This document shows positions 26,201 through 36,900 of a DNA stretch of 64,000 bases, in pieces. The notes under the pieces were generated by a model, which had not been told where the DNA came from, ran no database searches, and was given only the letters and a program-made list of their open reading frames with translations. Positions within the stretch are counted from its first letter, which is position 1, and every line of letters begins with the position of its first letter. Made by a program: the position numbers and the translations under genes. This stretch comes from Phoronis australis (taxonomy: Eukaryota; Animalia; Phoronida): the NCBI GenBank assembly GCA_002633005.1, contig NMRA01000195.1, positions 227,628-291,627 on the forward strand, written 5' to 3'.

Positions 26201-29200
26201 TTTTCTTCTACCAAAGGGCTGGAAAGTTATCCAAAGTGTCATTGACCCATGTGATCAAATGCCAGCAGGTCAATCGATATGTATCAATGAATTTTAGCAT
26301 ATAATACAGAACAATAAGTCTCAACTTCAATTAATGTTGTCTTTTATATAAACTATAAAGTTCATGTTCTAAAAACTTTTAAGACAATTATTTGTCATTT
26401 CTATAAATTATTTCTGGAATGTCACGCTCTCATAAATACTAAGATTAAAATTTATTCAGCAATTATGAAGTTGGAGTGCAAGACCAACTTTCAGTCTTAA
26501 GTCTTCAACCCTTTTATGAAACAGACCCTAGTGACCATAACAAAGTTGGACCATACAGCTGCAGACAGCATTAAAACAAAGAGGGACAAACTCTAACGCA
26601 AACCAGAGAGTGTTTATAAACAAATCCTGTGCATACCATGTTTATCAACAAATCCAATACATAGCAATCTATTATCTTGTTTATCAACAAACCCAGTACA
26701 TAGTTTTACCAACATTTACCAACAAGTCCAGTACATACCAATGTTTATCAACAAATCCAATATCTTCCTTAAGTCGTTTGTTGAGTACATCAGCCACATT
26801 TACTTTATGCAGCCAACGTTGCTCATTACGTCCTTTATAGTTGACATGCCAGGCCAGCTCATTCAGGTCTAAGGCGCATTTTTCGTGTTCTAAGAATTTA
26901 GAGAATAAAAAGTATATTATCACATACAGTACAGTTAATGAATACTTTAGTGCATGGGTGTGTATTAAGTGCACCCCTCCTTCATTCATGAAGAGTATAG
27001 CATTGCAAAAATGACACTTTTAGGCTAATTCTGATTCTGAGGTTACATTAAATAAGAGACAATGTTTAAAAACCTGGGACGAAATGACTTTCCTTAGCCA
27101 AACAATACCATAGTACATATAACAGCATAGTGCAGGACATTGAGAACATGGGTCAGGACACTCAGTGTTAATTGATCTATCCATTTGAACACACATTGTA
27201 CATCAGCCAACTCCTTTTTGAACACTTGTTGAGAAACTATAGTGAGGTGAGAGATCATCTGATTGCCCTACCTTTCTTAATATTTGATAACACAGGCCCC
27301 CTCGACAAGGCTACTCTACCTCTTTAAACTTTTGATAGCACAGCCCCATTACAAGGTTTCCCATGGCTACCTCTCTGAATCTTTGATAACACGGCCCTCC
27401 TCAAAAGGTTGCCCTACCACTGTGAACCTTTGATAACACAGTTGCCGCCCCCTTACAAGGTTGCCCTACCTCTCTGAACAGCCCCATTACAAGGTTGCCC
27501 TACCTCTCTGAACAGCCAAGGGAAGCTCCAGCATTCTCTTCTCCATCAGCTCGTCTATCTTGTTTGCTAGTCTCCCGGCACGCTCACGCTCCTTCCTCAA
27601 AATGTCTTCAGCCTCTAGCCTATCAGTCTCCAGCCGGCTCAACAAGGTCATCACTTCGGTGATGACTTCTTCAGCGCCCAAGTATGGCATTTCATTGCCC
27701 TCTGCTGTTGGATGACTGGTGGTGATTGACATCTCTGAGTCTGAAGTAGTCAAGCAAGATTGGGTCAGACACAAAAACCAGTTTTAAGGAAGATAAAAGA
27801 TAAGACAGCATCAGTGTTTTTAGAAGAAAATATCTTAGTCTGTCTAAATCGGTACATACTTTCACTTTTCACCCTTACTTAAAGCTTCCTCAATTGCCCA
27901 ACATACCAATCACAGCAAAATCATCTGCCTCCCAACCGAAGTCTCAATTCCCCTATTAAAAAATGTGACAATAAGCAGTGTTTATATTAGCCAGCCATGA
28001 TTTTTAAGAGCTATGAACTTGGGCCTTTATAACATGAACAGTGAGAAAAGAGATGACCAAGTTAACATCAACCCACTGGACTGAGTACAGGTGCAGTATA
28101 CCTGTTTTCGTTTCATCCAGTTCTACTGAGGGGGGGGGTGCAGAATTAGGGCTTGCAATGCTTCAGCCTACCATGGATGTACAACAAGTTGAGCATAAAA
28201 CAAGATAAATTATAATTTTTTTTTAAATCTAGTGGACGATGCCATGATCACTCATTGGATACACTGTGTATGACTTCACCACAGGAACGACCTTTCCAGT
28301 TAAGCAGGAGTACTTGAGTGAAAATCACATTATAATACATGAATGACTGGACTTTTAGAGTTGGCAATGGTTTAATGATATTAGGAATTAGTAATCCAGG
28401 TTATGGAATGCTTTATTAGCACTGACTGAAAAAAGATTGCATTATTCGTACTTGAAGAGAGTGGTAGCTGAGAATTGCTTTTTACGAGTTTTCTGCAAAA
28501 CACACAAGGTTGCAGGGAGCAAGATCCTTCTGTCTGAACATATTATAACACCAATTTCCAAATTTCGTAGAATACTGGAGAACAAAGAAACAAATGAATG
28601 ACTAACACTAGAAAATACTCTGAAAATTATAATAATTGTGCAAAAAAGTCACCAGGAATGTGAGCTCCTATTCCTTGTACAGACAAGCCTCTCTCTGATC
28701 CAGCTGAAGATTTTGAAACTGTTGACTGACGTGTGCTTGTACTCCGGCTTGCTTGAGGTGACTCAAACCGAATCTGTTTCCGTGGCGAGCTCTTTCCCAT
28801 ATCACTGACCACAGCTGAAGGTCTGATAGCACCGACCAGACTCTTCTTCGACTGTACACGGCTAGCGGCAGACTCCTCATCTTTACTACCAAACCATTCC
28901 TCGATGATAGTCTGCAGAAGCTCCAAGTGGGACGTGGCCTTGTTGACACACGTGGACACGTTGAGGGACAGCTCACAGCTACGTCGGTGAAGGGCCTGTG
29001 GTAGTTTGGGCCAACCCTCAGGGAGTGGAGCCAACTCATCTATGGGAGAATTGCATTATCACACTGATGTTATAGTCAGGCCACTGCACTTCTTTGACAG
29101 ATAAGGAGCACCAGAACCAATTTGTTTCAGTTCAGAATTATTTAATAAATGAATGATTTCTTGCTAATTTAAAATATTTCAGCCATAAAGTCAGATATCC

Positions 29201-32200
29201 ATTTGGTGGCACCCATTCAGGGTAGCTTCAAAGAAAATGCTGATGTTTTTCAATATTTAGCCAAAGTATATGTTAGCCTAAAATTAATATTAGATGACTA
29301 TAGACATCATTAAAATGGTCGGATATCAAGCATTTCCCAAAACTTAAGTTGACATCAAAATAATTTATGGGTTATTTTTTACCGAGTCTGATCAATTCAT
29401 CCAAAAATTTCAACTTTATTTGATTTTTACACAAAATGATTATCTACTCACTCATGACATCTAATATATCATTTAAGGCTTAAATTGTGGCAATATTAAA
29501 AAAATCCACTTTTGTTTAACTAAGAGTGTGGAAAGGACCTAAAACCCACATTCTGGTGGAGCAGAAAATGATCAACACATTCAAAGCTGTAGCAACTGCC
29601 ACTTTAATATGATCAAAAACTCAACAAAATTGTCTTGGTTCTGAAGTTTCAGTTGGATGATGCACAACACTGCCACCTAGACATACGTAATCAGCGTTCT
29701 CCACGACCACTTTTAACGTGTCACAGCGTCCTGTTTGGCCGAATGTGCGTCCTGTTTAAATGTCCTGCGTCCTGTTTAAAAATACCGCGACCGGTTTAAA
29801 AAATAGAGACCAGTTTGTAAAAAAGCATCGTCATTGTTAATAAGGCCTTCAGTGGTTCAAATTACCCTTGACAGCAACTGGCCATAGACAAGTGGTCACT
29901 AGTCAAAAGCCTGATCACTAATCTCACTCAAGTGGCAGACCGGGCCGATAGTCGATTTCTGGTGTAACAGGAATCTCTCAATCACCTTTTCAATTCATCT
30001 TCACCAACTAGTCAAAGTCAATTGAATTTAAACCTGTTTAGATTTTCAGATGTGGAGAGGAACACCGGTAATCTAAATTAGCAATGCACATGAAAGCATG
30101 CGGAAAACATGAACCTACCTCCAGCCTCGCTCTGAAGGTCGCTGAGTTCATCTAACACCGACTCTCCATCAATACCAGAATCATGACCGGCATCCTGAAT
30201 GACTGAAAAAAATCAAATGATACTTCGTCACACAACACCTGGAGAGAATTGCTAAGGCTTCCTGACAATGAAACCAATGCTGACTATTAAACACTGGATA
30301 TAAGTCGCTTGTGGCAATGGACAAATTGTGCTTCCTCATGAGTGTTATATAGCACGCTTACCACTTTTACTACTTTCTGATACATTTTGCATCACTTATG
30401 AAACATTAAACAAAATAAGGAAACTGAAATACACTTTAACAGTAGATGTAGTTGCAATTATCAAGAACAAAACAGTGAGTGTTGGACTGTTTGTTCACAC
30501 AATTGTATGTTGCAGCAATTGCTGTCTGAACAAAATTTTGAGAAAGAGACCACCAATTTAACATAGTATGTATTTTCTGACAACACATTCTCTCAATGTC
30601 AAAACCAATTGTACCATGTAATATTTATTTGAGCTTTCATAATCTTTATGCTAGAAAAATCAAGATTCAAGATTATTCTTAAAAAGTAATAATGTTAACA
30701 ACTGAAAACATTAGATGAAGGTTCAAGTCTCAGACTTGGTTATTGAGCATTTCCAAGTTTTAATATGAACAGATTCATTTGATGAATGCTATTCAAGTAA
30801 TGCCACTATCTAAGAAATGGTGTTTTTACCAGAATGTCATGGCCACATGAGAATGGTGTTGTGAATGGCATAAATAGAATTGCATTGACTCCTAGTTTCA
30901 GAAAATATAATATTTTATGGGTTAGCAGTTACTTAAAAACATCTCACAATGGAGACAACATTTGAATTAAGGGTACACATAACTTAAAAAGAGTTTGTTA
31001 ATGGGTAAATTCATAAACTACTCATATAATAAGGTTATACTTATAATACAAAACTATTTCAGACAATCCTGATAATATAACATAATGGGAGTCTGGTACA
31101 CATCGTACCAGACATGAAAAGATCGCTTAGGTGGGCCCATTATACTGATCACCTGGAACAACTTTAATGCTTTATTACTATAGAGCTAAAACCAAGCTGA
31201 GGAGCTAGAGACCTGACTCAAGGGTCTAGCAGTGTGTCCTATTAGGACCACCAGGCTGCACTACCTCCTCTCACAATCCTGATAACACAATGCCAAGTTT
31301 CTGATGATATCTGTATGACAGCAAAAGAACCTACATGTACCATCCCCCACTGACAGTTTACTGGAGCTGGCTCTGGGCTGAACCAAGAGACTGTCTTCTT
31401 GTAGAAGGCTTTTACTGTGTGAGGCACTACGAGCTTGTTCCAAGGTCACGACTTTATCACGTGCTGCTGTTGCCATGGTGATCAGCAAATCAAATCTTTG
31501 CACAAGTTAAGGCGTTAAGGCTACAATATAACGTAGAAAAACACAAGTTTTAGTTAAAACAAATATCTTTAAATGATACGATGAAAATTTTGCAATGTAT
31601 AAAGTGCGCCGCCTAGTGACTGCCAGATGAACAATCACATTAATTTTGTTTGTGCATAAGCCCATGCTAGGATATTTTTAAAGCTTTCCCTGAATTTTTA
31701 TTAAGCCCACCTGCTCGATAAGCACACCTTTCTTTAGTTACCTTTTAGCTAAAGACAACTCAAACTGGCCTCTTTTCTTGGTAGTCCCTGTCATTAAAAA
31801 GGCTCGTACAAAGTTCCTTTAGAAAACAGGTGAATGGACTGAGAGCAGTTAAGCGTATGACAGATAAGCATAATTTCTTAGTCACTGAATGCGCCTTTCC
31901 TGTCAATACATTTCATGTAGAACCAGGTTGTCTATGTGCTGCTATAACAGAACCCTGAGCCCTCTTTCAGTTGTTGAATTAGCGCCCCTTTTAAATTCTC
32001 ACGACCTCTTTTCGGCCATTTTTCAATATGCTCAGCCACGAAATGTTTACATTGCTCTCCTTACAGTCCACCTCTTAAATTTGGTTTAATCAATCAGTGT
32101 TTGATACAAAAGCTACCTTTGGTGTGTGGAGTAATCAGATCTTATACTGGAAATAATTACTTTCAAATTCGTCCAATTATGACTAATGAAAGCACTTATC

Positions 32201-33614
32201 CATTCAAAATTTCTTGACCCAGCGGTACATAGACAAGCTCATTTCAAGTGAATGGGTGACTACTCAGTATGTAGCACAGAAATTGATACCAACGGTGACA
32301 AAAGTTGTCTAGCGAATACATCCTGGTGGAATTGTCCATAAAACTGAAGCTCTTTGTTCAGTCCTAGTTCCTAAAAGGTCAGGACAGTTCAGGAACGTGT
32401 TGACAAACATCTCTTGTAAACGCAACGATTTTAGTCAATCAAGTGTCTGTGTACCATATACAACTAGCCAATGTTGTTGTGAAAACATTTAATCAATCCT
32501 ATGTTTCTAATGGTAAACTGTAATAACTATCTAATAAAAGACTAAGTTTCCAGTGTTATCCAAAGTTGTTAAGTGTGTCCATTTTGCCTGGTAGAAGAGG
32601 TCAAACGTTCAGAATCACTCAGAACATTTATGTAGTACCAATTTGAACTGATGAAAACACATTAGCTTTTTTGTATAGTGGGATTGATAATGAGAATTGA
32701 CAAAAAATCTTTACTTTATAATGCTAAGATCATAAGCAAATAATAGAAATGGATCCTATTTTTACTATGCAGATTTCAATCATTCTTGAAATGATCTATT
32801 TCAACAATAAGGCTTAATTTCTAAAATGCAGGAGACAGCAGGTCTGAACACAAAAAAAAAATCTTGGGACAGTCCACTTAATTTCCAGTATAAAGCCATA
32901 ATCACCTCGATACCTTTGACTGTTAGTGCACTAGTGCCCTACATGATCTAGCCAAGTGGTTCCAACATAAATTAATTTTGAGATCAAAATGGAGTAAGAA
33001 CCGCATACATGCATGTAACAATATGCCATGAAAGACAACACAATTATAAATAAGCCTAATCCCAGGTTTATAGATGCACAATTACAAGCCTACACGTGCT
33101 TATTCCTGCATGCAGACAGTGAATCTCAAAATTACTACAACTTGGAGATGCACAACAAGCAGGAATACAAAACAAGTATAATTGTAAGTATAAACCCAAT
33201 ATCAGTTTCACTCGTCATAGCACAGCAGGTATTGGAAGCGAAGGGAGAAGGGTTAAACTTTTGCAGAAATTATACATTGTATCGCGTGATATGTGGTCAA
33301 CTAATAAAGCCTCTCCAATATTTAGTATGCAATATGAGTGTGATATGTATGACACTAAATCCTACAATTTCCGTCTTCCAGTCCTGTATTTAGTAGGCCT
33401 ACTAGTTCAGACTCAGTCTCAGTGTTGAGATTCAACTCAGGGTTGGTTTACTTACTGACTATAGATTGAGTGAATAATTTATGACTTTCAAAACCTTTGT
33501 AGCTCCTTGTTTATAATATAAGGTGATCGATGGCAGGATTATTTTATTAATTGACTAGAGAAGTAACAAACTATACAAGTTCCCACAACACATACCATTT
33601 GATTCATCCTCCAT
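14266..33614 (-). CDS. CCDC178: Coiled-coil domain-containing protein 178 (18 coding exons, ~935 aa)
   Basis: All GT-AG, phase-consistent exons: 33614-33596, 30202-30119, 29039-28653, 27740-27504, 26889-26739, 26218-26149, 25929-25787, 25325-25172, 24511-24416, 23142-23006, 22415-22232, 20805-20581, 19641-19528, 19222-19077, 17327-17242, 16226-16153, 15678-15529, 14616-14266 (2808 nt). Motifs RRSCEL...CVNKATSHLE and LETDRLEAE...LELPLAVQREHEKC..DL.EL.WH match vertebrate CCDC178 (LETDRADAE...LQELPLAVQKEHE). The 19-nt first exon is the least certain. Confidence 0.9.
15280..15516. repeat. Minisatellite, ~29-31-bp unit (TGACCAAGTCATCCACCTATTGACACACA), ~8 copies
   Basis: Directly visible tandem array starting ~12 bp into the intron after the CCDC178 donor at 15528. 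Confidence 0.85.
16250..16398. repeat. Perfect 71-bp tandem duplication
   Basis: TAAAATACAGAGACTCAGCATAAG...GCCAACCTAATGA at 16250-16320 and 16321-16391. Confidence 0.9.
17936..18140. repeat. Degenerate minisatellite, ~32-35-bp unit (TGTTTCAGGTCACTCTC..GCCTTATAGATA.)
   Basis: About 6-7 visible tandem copies in a CCDC178 intron. Confidence 0.8.
23272..23341. repeat. Perfect 35-bp tandem duplication
   Basis: GTCATTATTGAAATCACTTTACTCAGATGGTTTGA twice. Confidence 0.9.
26611..26762. repeat. Minisatellite built from the CCDC178 exon-5 end and splice donor
   Basis: Unit TGTTTATCAACAAATCCARTACATACCA (~28-38 bp, ~5 copies); the last unit is the coding end of the exon (GFVDKH). Confidence 0.8.
27262..27517. 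repeat. Minisatellite built from the CCDC178 exon-4 end and splice donor
   Basis: Unit ...ACAAGGTTGCCCTACCTCTCTGAA... (34-52 bp, ~6 copies); 27453-27483 and 27487-27517 are identical over 31 bp. Confidence 0.85.
29692..30067. mobile_element. hAT-like non-autonomous element with 5-bp TSD (GTAAT)
   Basis: GTAAT|CAGCGTTCTCCAC ... GTGGAGAGGAACACCG|GTAAT; subterminal GCGTCCTGTTT repeats at 29727-29777. Confidence 0.6.
31341..31476 (-). CDS. Candidate alternative first coding exon of CCDC178 (MATAARDKVVTLEQARSASHSKSLLQEDSLLVQPRASSSKLSVGD)
   Basis: Kozak-like ACCATGG, 45 open codons, phase-1 donor G|GTACAT compatible with the phase-1 acceptor at 30202. The donor is weak. Confidence 0.4.
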
Positions 33615-33925
33615 TTTGACGCCATACTTGGTGTATCTATGGGCGGAAATGGACGTTTATTTACGGAAAATGTCGAAGAATAATATATTTTCCTTTTATG
33701 ATAGTTTTTACAGTAAATTGTCCCAAAATAGATTCATACAAATTATTTAAACTGTGATGGAAGAAAATTCATATAAATTTAACCAAGATAAAAATAACCG
33801 GAAAAGAGGTCACGTGACAAATGGCCGCTTTTGCTATTTCGATTTGTTTTGTTCCTCGAGATCGTCCCTTGTTTTAAATATTTGATCATGTGTTTGATCA
33901 TTCGGCATTGTTTGAGTTTCCTGTA
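33615..33925. promoter_or_regulatory. Putative bidirectional promoter between the CCDC178 and ASXL start codons
   Basis: 311 bp between divergent ATGs; contains CCGGAA (ETS-like, 33798-33803), the palindrome GTCACGTGAC (E-box/CLEAR-like, 33809-33818), AAATGGCCGC (YY1-like, 33819-33828) and GGGCGGAA near 33641. Confidence 0.65.
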
Positions 33926-36900
33926 ATGGATGGTGATATTCAAAAAGATCGTCAGTTGAAGAAGAAAAAGGGGAGATCATGGGTGGAAGCAGCGAAAATT
34001 GTACGTCGTTTTTAATCGACTTAGTTATTGTGATAGTGATGTGTTAGTCGGATCTATAAGTGGGTCCCTGATTGAGAACGGTCCAGGGCTCGACATAACG
34101 AGCTGCAAGTCGCATTTGCGACCTGAAATTTCGAAATGCGAGCTGAGATTTTTGTCAGCTCGTATCAAGTCGCAAAATGCGACCTGGAATTTCCAACGAA
34201 TGCGAGCTGAGTTCTTACACTTCTCAACAGATACCTGGCAAATACAAAGCAGCTCTTGTTAATCTGACTTTTATTTGGTTGTTGCCAAATCCAAGTTCAA
34301 AAGAACACTAACCGATAACAGCCCTCCCGATGACTTTTAAGCAAGTCGCGTGAACATGGGAAATGCAGAATCGATCTTTGACGCGTTTCATTGGCTAACA
34401 CTTTCGGCCACTTTTGTAAATTCCCGGATTCGCCGAAGAAAGTTTCGGGCCACCGCTTAACATGTGATAAAACTTCACAAAACAACGGTGTTTCTACTAA
34501 TTCTTAAGCGATCAACTTACCAAACTTTGTGGTGGACAATAATGTTTATTTTTCACATAAGACGTCCTTATTACATGTACCAGATATCCAAGACAATATC
34601 ACTGATATCGCATTGCGGCACCGTTAGTGCGCAAGTGGTCCCGGCAGACAATCGTGACTTAGACTGAGATGTGCTTCTCCTTTTTATCGTATTAAGACAG
34701 CCAAAGTGAAAATGACAACCTTATTAATCGCCAAACGACATTCACCAAGGCTTGGAATTTTCTGCGGAAACACGGATTTCCACTTTTTTCAAATATTCTG
34801 TCCGCGCATTTTATTATATTTCCGCGTTTAAAAAAATCGGATTTGATATAAAATTTCTGCGGCAAATTCCTTTCTTACCGCTGCGTTGCCGACGACGTTC
34901 ACCTCGAAAAGCGGAAGTTGCTCTTTATGTTTCGGAGGAACGTAAATTGTCAACATCGCTGGGGCATCTGGGATAGCGTGGTGGGATTTTCAATTGCGTC
35001 TCGTGTGATTGTAAACCGCGGTGACAAATACTACGGCTCAGGAGCCAAAAATTTGTGGGGGTGGGAGTGGACGGACGAGCTAAAAAGACGCAAACACATG
35101 CTACTGGTGGTGGTAACGTTTTTTTTTTAGTCCTTCCGATTTTTGTGGGCGAAAGGTTCACATCGAGTATTTCAAGGCTGGGTAGCGCGCATGTTTTGGG
35201 CCGTAAAAGTTTCCGCGTTTTTTGTCATTGGTCATTCCAAGCCCTGGTTCACGTCTTTACTTTCAGTTTCCAATAAATTCTCAAACCCTTTACTTGTTTC
35301 TGGCGCTACGTGTGCGAAATATGATTTGTCTTTCACACGTTGTTGCCAACGTAAAGTGTAGGCCTACTCCAGCGATTCAAGTGCGTGAACTCACGCTTGC
35401 GCACCACTTCAAAGGACAGTGACAGTCCTAAATGAAAGAGTATAATGGCTCGGCTCTGGTTTATTTGAAAATGAACTCAGATTCCCAGTGGTTATAAAAG
35501 ACCCAATGTCCCGGGACTGACGTTTTCCTGTTCCGATGTTTCCCGAGGTCGATGTTCTGTAAACCCTGTATCCTATGCCCATAGCCAGCTATTGCAAGTA
35601 AACTGGCAACTTTTTGCTCCCCAAACCCCCAAACCACCGTCGCCGTAAAATGTTCAGACTCCTATAGAAACAACCTTGCTCCGGCTGAAGCGGGCGGTTT
35701 AAAACAAAATCATTCCGGGTGCCTAAAAAGGGTACACTGTAGGTGGTAACGATATCCAGAAAGTCAACCCTACTAGATGGAGTTTGCCTCACAAAATCGT
35801 ATTATTAGAACGTTTCTTACCATTGCCGCGTTTTAATATCTTATTACCGCAAACACTGAGGTTAACGACTATGCTGACGCACAAGCCTACTCCCTACCTT
35901 TAAAGTGTTTCATAATAAGTGCTCACTGATCTATTAAAAGTCACCCCTTAAATTTTGAGAATTTCCAATTAAGTGCCCACAGTTCAAGCTAGCGCCCTTC
36001 ATAGCGCACTACAAACAACCACGTGTGGTTTAAAATTGACACGCAGCTTATATGGTGTGTCACTTTCATTTTACACAACTTCAGTTTTCAAAAACGTCTT
36101 CACAATATGTAAAAACCAAATCCCGGCTTTGTTTTATACCTCGGAAAGAAAGTTAACACTAGTGACATGCATGTCGTTTTGTGACTGACCTATTTTTCCC
36201 GTACTTGGAAGGTATTGAGGAGCAAACTCGCCATTACCCGAGTTAATTTGAATCGTTAATGACTTTGATGACAACCAGTAGCAGGCCAGATCTAACAAAA
36301 TCCAGGATACTTTTTCAACGAGCATTTTCTCCCTCTTCACATCGCAAATTTAGCTACTCGAATGCACAAGTCAGTTAGAGAGCACTGATTCAACTTTCAC
36401 GTTGGCAACTTGCCTTGCACTCTAGAGTCTTTCAATGGCGGTCGTGAAAAACAGTAAGGCTGTACCTGCATGAATGAAGTCAAATTTTGAGATCCGAAAT
36501 TTGTGAGTACTTAACGCTGCAGGTAAGAGCATAATCTAAACATTTTCTCGATGATCTAAAAAATCTTATTTTGGCATGTAAAAATGGCGGGAAAATTTTG
36601 CATTTACGAATGCGAGCTGGATTTTGAAAATGCGACCTGGGATTTTGGCTAGGTCGCTAAATGCGACCGGGTGATTTTAATAGCGTCGAGCCCTGGAACC
36701 TGTTACCTTCACTGAACGATGATTGTTATTCAGTGGGTGTAACTGAGTCTCGAATCACTTTTAACCAGGGATCCTACTAACTAACTATTACCTCAATGTG
36801 AATCTGCGGTGAGAATCTTCTACTTGAACTTAAACTGTTAAAGCTGCAAACTTAAAGTTGAAGACAGTTGGTTGTGGACATCACCAGGAGGACAAGTTGT

